This document shows positions 25,901 to 40,900 of a stretch of 64,000 nt of DNA, piece by piece. Both the position numbers and the translations under genes were made by a program. This DNA is from Mobula hypostoma (lineage: Eukaryota): NCBI RefSeq assembly GCF_963921235.1, contig NC_086108.1:63118001-63182000 (forward strand), written 5' to 3'. Numbering within the stretch: position 1 is the first letter of the stretch; each line of letters begins with the position of its first letter. The notes under the pieces are model-generated. The model was not told where the DNA came from and made no database searches. It saw only the letters and a list, made by a program, of their open reading frames with translations.

Positions 25901-28900
25901 AATCTGATAGGATATTTTGATAATTTTAACTTAATTCTAAAGATACCTGAGTCAATGAATTAAATGTCCAGAATTTGGCAAAAACTGGAATTAAAGTTGT
26001 GATGAAACTTCAGTACATGATAATCAGCCTGCAACTGATTCACAAGAATTGCTTAGCCCCCTACAGTTAGCAACTGCATAAGTTTTGATTACATGGATGT
26101 TATATAAGTTCGAGTCCAAGACAAGTCTTTATCTTAAAAGTTTTATTTTGAATCTTGAATCTTAAGGAGGAACTCTTGCAAAAGGGGAGCTCCTGCAAAC
26201 ATTTTGGAAATATAACTACAACTTTAAGTTCAAATATAGCTGTTTAATTCACGCAATTGCATGTAAACTTCAAGTACTCTGACACTGGAACTGTGCACAT
26301 GTGTATTCATTTCTAGCACTATTAACCTAGCAGTCAATAGTATAACATGGCTGACTTAGGTGAATAGTTTTTTTTCCTACCAGCAAAGATAATACTTTTA
26401 TAAATTTTACCCACTTGTATTGTCAGTCAGGCTTGTAAAGTAAATTTAACAGCAGACCAAACGGAGTAATTTGTGATGGCAAATTCCCTTTCCTAAAAAC
26501 ATATTAGTAAACTAATTGGGATTTGCTGAATGTTCAGCAGTTTAAAGAATCATTTTTCTTAAGTTTTATGGAAGCTAATTGATTAGTGGAGTGCAGGTCC
26601 ACAAGCATAATCACAATTTACGTGAACGTTCTGATAAACGGCTCATAGGGGAATTAATCACACATGGATTAAAAATCATGTATTATGAATGCTTACCTAA
26701 ACTCTCCTTTTGATTTTTTTAAATGCTGTAAATTTTAAGATCTTAAAACAAGGCAATATTTATCATTGGTAGAAAGTGTTTTTGGTTATTCAATATAGAG
26801 AAGTCAATTGCAGTCACAGACAGCTAGAAATTGTCTTTAGTATTTCTCTCTCTGTCTTTATCTCTCGCTAAATTCCTGGGAAATAATCAGGAGTTCAAGC
26901 AAACAAACAAACGTAACTTATTAAACAGAAGAAAAGATTGCAATGTAAAATCAACATGACTTTCTTCCACAGAAGTAGAAAGACTTTCTGGCAAGTTCCA
27001 CACTAAACATTGTTGCAACATGCAGAGAGTAGATAATCAAATGGTGCCGTTTTTGAAATAGTAAAACTTTAACACAGCAGTAATTGTTAACCAAAGTTCA
27101 AAGTAAATTTATTATCAAAGTACATGTATGTCACCATATAGTACCGTGAGATTCATTTTCCTGCGGTCATTCACAGTAAGTACAAATAAACGGTACAATC
27201 AATGGAAAAACTGCACACAACAAGACAGACAAACAATTAATTTGCAGAATGCAACAAAATGCAAATACAAGAACAAATCAAAATAATAATAAAAAATAAA
27301 TAAGAAATAAATATTAAGAACATTAGATGAGTCCTTAAAAGTGAGTCCATAGGCTGTGGGAACAGTTCAGTGATGGGGCAAGTGAAGTTAAGTGAAGTTA
27401 TCCCCTCTGGTTCAAGAGCCTGATGGTTGAGGGTAATAACTGTTACTGAACCTAGTGGTGCGGGTCATGAGGATCCTGTACCTCCTTCTTGATGGCAGCA
27501 GCAATGTTACATACAACATAAACCTTTCACCCTTCTTTTCAGAAAGAAAAACTAAGCGGAAATTTAAAAATGCATAAGTAGCCAGAATAAGTGTCATGTC
27601 CAGAAGACCATAAGATATAGGAGCAGAGGTAGACCATTCAGCCCATCGGGTCTGCTCTGCCATTTAATCATGGGCTGATCCAATTCTTCCAGTCATCCCA
27701 CTCCCCTGTTTTCACCCCATACCCTTTCATGCCCTGGCTAATCGAGAACCTATCTATCAATCCTTAAATGCACTCAATGACTTGGCATCCACAGCTGCTC
27801 GTGGCAACAAATTCCACAGATTTACCACTCTCTGACTAAAGTAATTTCTCTGCACCTCTGTTCTAAATGGACGTCCTTCAATCTTGAAGTTGTGCCGTCT
27901 TGTTCTGGACACCCCTACCATGGGAAATAACTTTGCCATATCTAATCTGTTCAGGTCTTTTAACATTCGAAATGTTTCTATGAGATCCCCCCTCATTCTC
28001 CTGAACTCCAGGGAATACAGCTCAAGAGCTGCCAGATGTTCCCCATACAGTAACCCTTTCTTTCCTGGAATCATTCTCATGAATCTTCTCCGAACCCTCT
28101 CCAATGTCAGTATATCCTTTCTGAAATGAGGAGCCCAAAACTTCATACAATACTCTAAGTGTGGTCTCTCACAAGTGCCTTATAGAGCCTCAACATCACA
28201 TCCCTGTTCTTATATTCTATACCTCTAGAAATGAATGCCAACATTGCATTTGCCTTCTGCACCACTGATTCAACCTGGAAGTTAAACTTTATGGTATCCT
28301 GCACAAGGACTCCCAAATGCTGACAAATGAAGTCAGAGCCGAAGTAAAAACAAAAGAAAGGGCACACAAGGAAGCCAAAGCTAGTGGGAAGATAGAGGAT
28401 GGGAAGCTTTTAAGAACTTGGAGAAGGAAACTAAGAAGGTCATTAGAAAGGAAAAGATGAATTATGAAAGGAAGCTGGTGACTAATATCTAAGAAGATAC
28501 TAAAAGCTTTTTTTAAGTATATAAAGGGTAAAAGAGAGTGGAGAGTAGATATAGGACCAATAGAAAATGATGCTCAAGATATTGTAATGAGAGACGCAGA
28601 GATGGCAGAGGAACTGAATGCGTATTTTGCATCAGTCTTCACAGTGGAAGACATCTGCAGTATACTGGACATTCAAGAGTGTCGGGGAAGTGAAGTATGT
28701 GCAGTGAAAATTATGACTTAGAAGGTGCTCAGGAAGCTTAATGGTCTGAGGGTGGATAAATCTCCTGGACCTGATGGAATGCACCCTCGGGTTCTGAAGG
28801 AAGTAACCGGAGACAGACGGCGGAGGCATTAACGATGATCCTTCAAGAATCAATAGATCCTGGCATTGTACTGGATGAATAGAAAATTGCAAATGTTACT

Positions 28901-31900
28901 CCGCTATTTAAAAAGGGTGGTGGGGGGCAGCAGAAAGGAAACTATAGACCTGTTATCCTGACATCAGTGGTTGGGAAGTTGTTGGAATTGATTGTTAGGG
29001 ATGAGATTACGCAGTACCTGGAGGCACATGACAAGATAGGTCAAAGCCAGCATGGTTTCCTGAAAGGAAAATCTTGACTGACTAATCCACTGCAATTTTT
29101 TGAGGAAATTACAAGCAGGGTAGACAAAGGAGATGCAATGGATGTGGTGTACTTGGATTTTCAGAAGGCCTTTGACAAGGTGCCGCACATGAGGCTGCTT
29201 AGTAAGATCAGAGCCCATGGAATTACAGAGAAGTTACTAGCATGGGTGGAGCAGTGGCTGCTCGGCAGAAATAAGAGAGCGGGAATAAAGGGATCATATT
29301 CTGGCTGGCTGCCAGTTACCAGTGGAGTTCCACAGGGGCTGGTGATGGGACCGCTGCTTTTTACAATGTATGTCAATAATTTGGACTATGGGATTAATGG
29401 ATTTGTGGCTAAGTTTGCTGCTGATACAAAGATAGGTCAAGGAGCAGGTAGTGTTGAGGAAACAGAGAGCCTGCAGGGAGACTTAGATAGTTTAGGGAAA
29501 TGGAAGGGTATGGGAGAAAGGGTATGGGGAGAAGGCAGGGGAGTGGGGATGATTGGAAGAATTAGATCAGCCCATGATTGAATAGTGGAGCAGACTGGAT
29601 GGGCCGAATGGCCTACTTCTGCTCCTATATCTTATGGTCTTATATATACCTTTCATAATTTTAAACACTTTTGTAAGGTTGGCCCTCATTTTCCTATGTT
29701 CTGAAGAATAAAGATGTAGCCTGGACAACAAATTCCTATACCTCAGCCTCTCTAGTCTTAGCAACAAGTTGAAGTGTTGGAGTACCCTAAGAGCCCTTTT
29801 GAACACGAAATCAAGAAAGAAGCAAACTTAGCTTGAATGGCTACAAGCTGACCCAGCAAGAAAATATGCAGTAGTGGTGATTTGCATATTTTTTAAGGGG
29901 AAGCAGTGTGTATCATATAAACGCGCGCATGCCTTTACAAAAGATGTGCAGCACTTAATTTGACTTTTGATACATAGTTGGATCACCCACAGCTGAAACT
30001 GAATGTTGACTGTCTTCATTAGAGGATATTTGTTGTTTGTCTTAGTGAACCGCAACATGAAGGATGCATGCTTAGTATGTCACTATACTCTCTGTACACC
30101 CATGACTGTGTGGCTAGGCACAACTCAAACTCTATCTATAAATCCGCCAATGACACAACTGATGTTGGCAGAATCTCAGATGGTGACAAGAAGGCATACA
30201 GGAGTGAGATAGATTGGCTTGTTAGAGGGGTGTCACAGCAACAACCTTATTCCCAGTCTCAGTAAGACCAAGGAATTGATTGTGGACTCCAGGAAGGGGA
30301 ATTTGAGGAAACACACACCAGTCATCATCAAGGGATCAGCAGTGGAAAGAGTGAGCTGTTTCAAGTTTCTGTCTGTCAACATGTCTGAAGATTTATCTTG
30401 GGCCTACATATTGCTGTAATTACAAAACAGGCAAGTTAACGGCTATATTTCATTAGGAGCTTGAGGAAATTTGGTATGTCACCAAAGACTCCAGCAAATT
30501 TCTACAGATGTACTGTGGAGAGCATTCTGACTGGTTGCATCACTGTCTTGTACAAAGGCATTACTAATCCACAGGATCAGAAAAGGCTTCAGCGGGTGTA
30601 AACTCAGCCAACTCCATCATGGGCACGAGCCTCCCAGCATCAAGAACACCATCAAAATGCGATGCCTTGAGAATGTGGCAACCAACATGAAGGCCCTCAC
30701 CATAGGAACATGCCCTCTTCTCTTTACTGCCATCACAGAGGAGGTACAAGAGCTTGAAGACACATGCTCAAACTTTTAGGAACAGCTTCTTCCCCTCATG
30801 AATGCATGAACATTACCTCAATATTATGCTCTCTTTTTGTACTACTTTTTTAAAAATATTTCTCATTGTACCTTACAGTAATTGTCACTGTACTGCAGCC
30901 ACAAAACACATTTCATGGCATATGCCAGTGATAATAAGTCTGATTCTAATGTTGATTCTGAAAATGAACACTACCAACTCCATGTATTCTGTCTGCAGTA
31001 TGTACCCAAGTTAATGCATGTGATATATGAGCATTGACAGGAAGTACTAGTAGTAGTATTTGAACATAGCGGAAGGCATAACTCAGCCTGATTCTCTTTT
31101 TGGACAACATCCAAACACGTTTCTAGTCAGAAGCTAACAGCATCTGTGCTGAGTGGCTATGAATTTAAAACAGGACTTTACTAATCTACAGAGCACCGTC
31201 TAGTGATCTTAACACTACAAAAATAATGGCATCAGTTGTTTTAGATTATTTCACAATATTCCAATGTATAAGAGCACCAAAGGAATAAAAGATATTGGTT
31301 ACATTTACCTTTACCAAAACTAAGAGGAAGTTCTAAATTAATGCCAGCAGCTTCAATTCAAAAAAAAGAGAAAAGAGCAATGGCTATACATCGGATGTGT
31401 TTGGTATCATTGGTAAGATTGAATTACGTACATGGGAAATGGAAGGTGTGACAGGGTCCTGAATTACCCCTATGAACTATGCTCGATTACCCGTATGAAC
31501 TGTGCTTTTGAGGAGAGAGAGAGAGGTGCCCAACACAAACACCTTGTTAAAAAGGGAGAGTTATTTAACACCGACATCTTGTTTTTAAGAGAGAGAGAGG
31601 CGAAGGCTGCTCACAGTATGTTTACATTTCTACAAGGTCGCTGCCTGCTTGGAAATTCTTACAGACAGAGAGGGGAGGAGCTGTTTGAGTGACAGTTGGT
31701 ATTTAGCACGGGGAGATAAATAGAAGGTCAGATGATAGACCTGAGACACATGGTTTTGGACACTGAATGAGCTTTGTTGTGCCGACAGAAAAAGTGGGTT
31801 TTGGAGGATCAATCAGGCGGATCGATCAGTGGCTCTCGCAGTGTGAACAGAGTGTGACTGGTGGGGAGTTATTTGTGTGTCCAACCCTCACCTGGGTTGA

Positions 31901-34900
31901 TAACTCCACCACAGAAGAATGGTCCCCTTTTGTTGTGGTCACAGTCGGTGACTTCTAAAGGATTTTGAAGGACAACGGGAAGATCGATGGCGTCAGCTCA
32001 CCTGAACACTCAAATCTCTCCCTCTCTCTCTCTCCATCACTACTCAACTCAATACCATGAACTGAAATGAACCTTACTCATCATCATAAGACTGTATCTA
32101 TTTACCCCTAGACTTGAAGAAGCTTGGTTTTCATATATTTCCACACTTACTGATATATTTACTTATATGTAATCATTGCTAATCTGTTTGATTTATCTGC
32201 AGTTATATTACTGTATTGCTATTAACTAATAAATACCAGTAGTTAATAGTAATACTGGACTCCAAAGTGTTTTCTATTTCCACTGGTTCTTTAACCCGTC
32301 ACAGGGAACTTGACAAAGGAAAGAAACATCTATTCCTCACATTCTCCAAAAAACAAACATTTTAGGATGGTGTGGAGAATATAACTTCACAGAGTGAAAC
32401 CTACCACAAAATAAATGTCCACAGCTGGTTTCCACAGGAAGCATTGGAACTTGGAGACAAATGGGACAGTGCAGATCACCATGGAAACAAGACTTTGAAT
32501 AGGTTTGCAACTCCTGCCACAAAAGAAAGAAATATTAAATGGTTGGATTCTTCAAATTGTAGGTTGCCATAGATTTTACCTTTCTGACAATGAGAACTTC
32601 TGCAATAACCCCTGTTGGATTCTGATGTTTAAATCCAAGGGTCTTTCAGAAGTCAGGAAAGAGACACAAAACTTGTCTCATGATCATTTTATTAAGAGTT
32701 GATAGAACAAAGAGAAGCTGAACAGAAAGTGACAGAGGTCTACCAAGCAAAGAGAGAGAAACAAAGGAACAAAGAAGGCACCTAGCATGGAACAGCTATC
32801 TTTATACCTGTCTGAGTCTGAGGCCTCTGACAGTCAGAGTTGACCATGGATATTGCACCCTAGCTGTCCAGATATGCAAACCTGGGCAGTACAATATGGA
32901 GAGCAAGCTGTTGCCCATGTAGCAAGCTCCCCCTCTCCTCGCACCTGATGAACCCAAAGGAACGGCAGAGACCGATACAGTTTGGTACCAGCAGCATCAC
33001 AGGAATTGCCAGTCAGGACTGCCTTAGGGACTCCAGCTCGGAATTTTTCTCTCGGGGTTTACTCCTGAAGCCTTCCCCATGAGTAGGTATAGCCGCAAGG
33101 CAGTGGAGGTTTAAGATCAGAGTTTTCCATCTCCTAGATGAGCTGCCAACCTTGGCTGATGAGCCCTATTTACCGAAGCGACTGGTTTTAAGGTGCCAGT
33201 AACCGGCCTTTGTCCCTTCTCCTGTCAGTAGAAACGGTTCCTCCGGGCTTAGTAGCTAAGCCACACATGAAGACCAGGAGCTGGACTTGGGGGTCAAAGG
33301 CTATTTGAGGGGCACGCCATTGGCAGTATTTCATTGGTAGTAGGAGCTTGCCTCCACTATCACCCCCGGCTATAACAACCTGAAGGAATTTTTATACGTC
33401 AGAGGTACGAAAATATTCCATTCAAATCTATACATAAAAATTAACCAATTGGAAAGCACTTACTCAAATACTGCAGTACCAAGTTAACCAAGGGGAAAAC
33501 ACTTACTTAAATAATATGGAACATAGAAACTTCCAGCGCTTCCAGGAATTATACTTTGTATAGTAACTAGAGGCACATTAAACTGTTATTTGCATATAAG
33601 AAATACTAAAATACAGGCAGATAGTGAACTTAATGAACTTAAGGGCAGAGAGGAAGTTGGAGGCAAAGTTAATGAAATTGTCGAGCTCAGCATTGGTGTT
33701 AAACATCCTTAGCCACAGATAAGGTGCCAGAGGATTGGAGGATAGCTAAAGTTGTTCTGTTGTTTAAGAATGGACCAGAAAATTATAGGTGGGTGAGCCT
33801 GATACCAGTAGTGGGAAAGTTACTGGAAGGTAGCCTGAGGGATATTCATATATATTTAAATAGACAGGGACTGATTAGGGATAGTCAACGTGGTTGTGAG
33901 CTTTATAGGTCATGCTTGATCAATCTTATAAAGTTTTTTGAGGAAGTTATCAGAAAAGTTGATGAAGGCAAGGCAGTGGATATTGTCTACATGGACCTTA
34001 GCAAGGACTTTGACATGGTCCAACATGGGAGGTTGGTCAAGAAGGTTCAGTCGTTTGGCATTCATGATGAGGTAGTAAATTGGATTAGATGTTGGCTTCA
34101 TGGAAGTCCAGTGTGTGGTAGTAGATGGTTGCCTCTCTTGTGTCTTGGTAGTAGATTAGCCTGTGACTAGTGGTGTGCTGGAGGGATCAGTGCTGGATCC
34201 ATTGCTGTTTGTGATCTAAATCAATGATCTGGATGATAATGTGATAAACTGGATCAGTAGATTTGTGGATGAGACCAAGATTAGGGGTGTAGTGGACAGC
34301 AAGGTAGACTAGCAAAGTTTGCAGTGGGATCTGGATCGGCCGGAGAAATGGGCTGAAATATGGCAGATGGAATTTAATACAAAGAAGTGTGAGGTGGTAC
34401 ACTTTGGAAGGATCAACCAGGGTAGGTCTTGTACGGTGCCAGTAGGACACTGAAGAGTGCAGCAGGACAAAGGGATCAGGGAATACAGATCCATAATTTC
34501 TTGAAGTGGTGTCACAAGTAGATAGGGTCATAAAGAAACTTTTGGCACATTGGCATTCATAAATCAATGTATTAAGTTGGGATGTTATGTTGAAATTGTA
34601 TAAGATGTTGGTGAGACCTAACTTGGAGTATCGTGTGCAGTTTTGGTCACCTACACTACAGGAAAGATGTAAATAAGAGTGCGGAGGAAATTTACGCGAA
34701 TGTTGCTGGGACATGAGGACCTGAGGACCTGAGTTATAGGGAAAGAATGAATTGGTAAGGACTTTATTCCCTGGAACATACTGTAGAAGATTGAGGGGAG
34801 ATTTGATAGTAGTATACAAAATTATGTGGAATATAGATAGAGTAAATACAAGCAGGTTTTCTCCACTGAAGATGAGTGAGGTTACAACTAGAGGTCATGG

Positions 34901-37900
34901 CTTAAGGGTGAAAGGAGAAATGTTTGAAGGGAACATGAGGGGGAATGTCTTAACTCAGAGGGTGGTAAGAGGGTGGAACAAGCTTCCAGCACAAGTGGTG
35001 GATGTGGGTTTGATTTCAACATTTAAGAGAAATTTGGATAGGTACATGGATGGGAGGGGTATGGAGGGCTATGGTCAGGATGCAGATCAATGGAACTAAG
35101 CAGGTTAATGCTTCAGCATGGACTAGATAGGCTGAATGGCCTGTTTCTGTGCTGTAGTGTTCTATGATCCTTTATAAGAAAAAATTCCATTCAAATCTAT
35201 AGATAATAAATAACCAATGAGAAAGCGCTTATATAAATAATTCAGAACAAAGCAACTTACAGAACTTCCTTAAATTATACTTTGTATAGCCACTGGAGGA
35301 ATATTAAGCTCTTATATACGAACAAGAACAACTTAAAAAACAACAGGTAATTAATTGTTAAACTGCTAAGAAAATAACAATTAAACCATCTAATCTAAGA
35401 ATTAAACAGTTGGACAGAAGTTAAACAGAAGTTTCTGGATAGCAACATAATTAATTGATTTCAAACATTCATTGATTTATGCTGATTAAATTCAAGGAAT
35501 TCTGCAAAAGAACACAATTTTTGATGGATGATTTGTGACGCTTTTGTCCTTATAATTTCTGGACAATCCCTTTATGCCAGGTTCTGGAATAACTGGTCCT
35601 TGTGGGTGATGGAGTTTATCTACAGCATTTGTCAATACAGGCCCATCTGTAAATTGCTAGAACACTACCTGATGTGGTGTAGCAGGGCATGTGCTTCTAA
35701 TGAGGCATTGATCATGTGGATAATCAGAGGCATTTTCCCAGGGCTAAAATAGCTAACATGAGAGGGCACAGTTTTAAGGTGCTTGGAAGTAGGTACAGAG
35801 GAGATGTCAGGGGCAAGTTTTTGGTGAGTGTGTGGAATGGGCTGCCGGCAATAGTGGTGGAGGTGGATATGATAGGGTCTTTGAAGAGACTCCTGGATAG
35901 GTACATGGATCTTCGAAAAATAGAGGGCTATGGGTAACCCTAGTAATTTCTAAAGTAAGTACATGTTCGGCACAGCATCATGGGCCGAAAGGGCCTGTAT
36001 TGTGTTGTAGGTTTTCTGTGTCTCTATGTTTCTAATAAAAGTTACAATGGATTGATGTTTGTGTCCAGCAGGGGCTCGTAGAGGGGATTTGCCCATTCTT
36101 GTGCTATGACCTTTACAGCATCAAGATGCAAAGTGATCTTGGCCTGTAGATTTCTGAGGATTTTTGACAGATGTGAAGTAAAGAAGGGTGCATCAGGAGG
36201 GTTAGTATTTGTTGAAATCCTCAATAATATGAATGTCACATTAACATATTCGCAATGTGCCATTGCCTAAGGAAGTAAAGGCAGTATGGCCTGTTTCTTG
36301 CATTGTCCACATGTATCAGGTTGATGAGTTTCTTGAAGTAATTGTAGAAGTAAGAAAGTTGGTTCACTCTCAATGCAACATTTCATTAAGGGAAGATCTT
36401 GCTTAACTAATCTGTTAAGGAGATCATTGAGAAAGTAACAAACAGGGTAGAAAAAGGAGATAGATTTTCAAAAGGCCTTTGCAAGGTGCTGCACATGAGC
36501 ATGGTAAACAAGGTAAGAGCCCACTGAGTTAGAGGCAAGGTACTAGCATGGACAGAAGATTGAGCAAAGATGAAGGTGTCTTTTTCAGGATGGCTACCAG
36601 TTGACTGGTGGAGTTCCCTGGAAGTCAGTGGTGGGACCACAGCTTTTCACTTCATCCTGATCTGGATGACAAAACTGATGGCAATGTGGCCATGTTTGTA
36701 ATAATACCAAGATAGGTGGAGTGGCAAGTAGCACTAAGAAAGCAAGGAGTCTGCAGAAAAATAGCTGAGAGAATGGTTAAAGAAGTGACAGATGGAATAC
36801 AACACAGGGAAGTCTTTGGTTATGCAGAATAAAAGTATAGACTTGTTTCTAAATTGAATTCAGAAATCTGAGGTGCAAAGGGACCTGGGAGTCCAAGTGC
36901 AGGATTCCCTAAAGGTTAACAGCAGGTTGAGTCTGTAGTAAGGAAGGCAAATGCAATATTATCATTCATTTCGAGAAGCCTACAATATGAAAGCAAGGGT
37001 ACTGAAGAGGATTTATAAGAATATTGCTCAGAATGTATTTGGAATAATGTGAATCCCGTATCTTAGAAATGATGTGCTGGCCCTTGGAGAGGATTCAGAG
37101 GAGGTTCTGGGATCCAAGGCACAACTTCAGAATAAAAGGACATTGCCTTGGAACTGATATGAGGAGGAATTACTTTTTCCAGAGTGTGGTGAATCTGTGG
37201 AATTCATTGCAATGGGGGGCTGGAGAGGCCAAGTCATTGAGTATATTGCAGAGATCAATAGGTTCTTGATTGTAAGGGGTTAAGGCTTATAGGAGAAAGG
37301 CAGAAAAAATAACAACCATGATTTAATAGCTGAGCAGACTTGAGTGGCCAAGTGGCCTAATTCTGCTCCTGTATCATATGCTGTCACTCTTCACAATATG
37401 TCTTCTGATGTTCCATCTCGTTATCATCTTGCTGTTTTTCTTTGCTGCATTTCAGCAAGGGTTTTCTTTGAGATTGTTCCCTACCATTTACCTGCTACTC
37501 CAATGGAAAATATTCAAAAGGTTCTTCATCATTTCAAATAAGCTGTTTCCAACTGCAAGCAGTAATTGATTTTAGTTTTGAAGAAGGTTTTCCGTTTCCC
37601 AGTTACTGATAATTGTGAATGCAGAATAATAAAACTTACCCCTAGAGTTCCACACTGCCCACCCAGATCAAGTTAGTCCCACCTTCCACATGAAATAAGA
37701 AAAGCAATTAAGCATGGGTTCCCTGCAGGATTGAAGGGGCAGAAGACTGCGCAGAGGAGATTCACCAAATGTTGCCTGGGATGGAGCACTTCATTTATGA
37801 GACTGAGTTTATTTGCCTTGGAGTGGAGGATGGACCTGAGAAAGGGATAGAAAACTATGAGGGACACAGATAGGGTCAATAGTTGGATACTCTTCCCCAT

Positions 37901-40900
37901 GGCAGAATAGACTAAAACAAAAGGGCATAGACAGCAAGAGTATAGTTTTAGAGGGGATCCGAGGGGGAACATTTTCAATCAGCCAGTGGTTGAAACCTGG
38001 AACTGAGAGGATACTGAAGACAAGAACTCTCACAACATTTAAGTCTCCAGGTGACCTCTTGAATCTCAAAGAAACAAATCTAGACCAAGTGCTGGTAACT
38101 AGGATGAGTAGAGATGAGTACTTGATGTTCAACATTAAAGTGGTGGGCCGAAAGCCTTGTTGGTCAGCTGAATGACCGTGTAACTCTATGATTCGAAGAT
38201 TGTTCTTAATAAATAGCCGTTATTCCATCAGAACTGGTCACAAGTAAATGCATGAGTTTAAGTCACAAAATGTAAGAAACTTGCATTAGCCATTCATGTT
38301 TATAACAACATCATAAAGAAAAGACTGAGCATTATAGTTTATTATTAGATAAACTTCAGCGTGAGAATTGAAAACACACTCACTGGGTAACTACTGTTGC
38401 AGCTGTCCATTGGCTGGCCTGAACACTGTTTCATCACAGCTGTTGCCTTCCTGTTGCTGTTAGTATGATTCAATCTGAAAGACACAATGTTTTAATAAAG
38501 AAAGGTAAGCCTTATATGAAGTAAGCTTATGAATTTCATTATATAAAAAAGTTTAACCAACATTTCTATTGATAACTGGAGTTTTATGTTGGCGTTCATT
38601 TCTAGAGGAATAGAGTATAGGAGCAGGGATGTGATGTTGAGGCTCTATAAGGCGCTGGTAAGACCTCACTTGGAGTACTGTGGGCAGTTTTGGGCTCCTT
38701 ATTTAAGAAAGGATGTGCTGATGTTGGAGAGGGTACAGAGAAGAATCACTAGAATGATTCTGGGAATGAGAGGGTTAACATATGAGGAACGTTTGTCCGC
38801 TCTTGGACTGTGTTCCTTGGAGTTTAGAAGAATGAGGGGAGACCTCATAGAAACATTCCGAATGTTGAAAGGCATGGACAGAGTGGATGTGGCAAAGTTG
38901 TTTCCCATGATGGGGGAGTCTAGCACGAGAGGGCATGACTTAAGGATTGAAGGGCGCCCATTCAGAACAGAGATGCGAAGAAATTTTTTTAGCCAGAGGG
39001 TGGTGAATCTATGGAATTTGTTGCCATGGACGGCAGTGGAGGCCAAGTCATTGGGTGTATTTAAGGCAGAGATTGATAGGTATCTGAGTAGCTAGGGCAT
39101 CAAAGGTTATGGTGAGAAGGCGGGGTAGTGGGACTAAATGGGAGAATGGATCAGCTCATGATAAAATGGTGGAGCAGACTCGATGGGCCGAATGGCCGAC
39201 TTCTGCTCCTTTGGTCTTATGGTCTTATGGTCTTTATTTGAAATCTAAAATAAAAAAATATTTTTTCTTTCATTAATGAAACTTGAACATTTAAAGTGAT
39301 TGCAAACCTTCCTGCCCTAAACCAGCTTCCTCCTTCCGTCCACCATCTAGAGAGACGTATTGTGATTGAGTCTGACATGGTAAATGATATGTATTGTTGC
39401 AAATTTGATACCTTGGGGTATTCCCTTTGAAGTTTAAAGTGGATGAACTGAAGAACTAGTGTGGAAATTTACTGTATATTTGAATATTTGATTTGGCTCA
39501 GTAAACAGGCTTTAAATATGATTTCTCCAGGGGAAGGGGCATTCTTTTATGTTGCCTTTATCACAGAAAGTTTAAAATTATTTGGAACGGCAATGAAAAT
39601 TCTTAAACATATTAACCACAGCTGCAGTATTTAATTTTCATTCCCAGTCTATATTTAGATTTTGCAACTATTAGTCAGGTCAGTGAGTTTATCCAAATTT
39701 TGGGAAGAATTACATAATTCAGAGGAAGCTACTTGGTTTTTTTACTCATCACATTGCTGTAGGTGGAACTTAACCAGAAGAAGACATGATGCATTTCCTG
39801 ACGTGACAATAATGGTTAGACTCACAACACTATAAAGGTGTTGTATGTAAACGTGGTTTCTCTTTAGCTAAGCGGTCTGGGAATTGTGATCCCAAAACAA
39901 TATGAAAAAAATGGCAATTTTCACCTACCTGTCCCTTGAGTTCTACTAGACTTAGATATCTTAAGAAAGATTTTCTCAACTATGGAATACTTTAAGAAGT
40001 CGTTATACAGCATGGGATTGGGCTTCTCTGTCCAACTGGTCCATGCTGACCAGGATTCGCATTCAAGTTTGTCCCTTTTGTCCAGGCTTAGCCCATTTCC
40101 CTCTAAAGCTTTCCTGTCCATGTACCTGTCCAAGTACAACTTCCTGTGGCAGCTCATTTCATAAAAGTTCAGTGAAAACATTTTTCTACTGCACCATTCA
40201 ACTACCCCCACCTCACCACACAGATGCACACACCACACTTTCTCTAGGTGAGTCTTATCTGGATCACATTTCTGGTAAATTATAACACCCAAACTACCCA
40301 AATTTCATTCTCGGTTTGTCAGGATTCCATAAAAACATAGAAATAAGAGCACAAATCAGCTATTTTGCTCCAGGCCTATTCCACTATCAATATAATAACA
40401 GATCCTTTAAATTCAGAAACATCTTTAAGCCTTCTTTCTATATCCTTGATCCCTCTCAAATTCCTTCATCAATATATGAATGATATGGCTTCAGCTTCTT
40501 TCTGAGGTCAAGAATTCCACAGGTTTACCACCCGCTGGAGTAAGAAATTTCTCTTCATCTCAGTTCTGAATGGCTTACTCATTACCCTTACAATGTGACC
40601 TTTGATCTTGAATTCTCCTACCATTGGGAACAATCTTCCTGCATTTAATCTATCTAGTCCAGTTAGAATTTTGGAGGTTTCTGTAAGATCCCCACTCATA
40701 CTTCTAAACTCTAGTGGAACCAAATCTCTCTTTACGTGTCAGTTTTGCCAGACTAGGACTAGATCTAGTTTTGTTTGTATACTGCAACCAAATTAAAATT
40801 CTGTTAAACTATGCCTGTAATATTAAAAAAAAATCCATTTAGTTTGCTGAAAAATGAACTTTGATTCCTGTCATTTATTCCATATGTGATCTTGTAGTCC

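Noticed and set aside
30975..31015. Minus-strand YCRQ peptide as the second RING exon
   Set aside because: No splice sites; the real exon is at 25806-25733.
39929..39989. 61-nt exon candidate with CAG|gtaggt donor
   Set aside because: Weak acceptor and a stop codon in the frame needed for a phase-0 junction.
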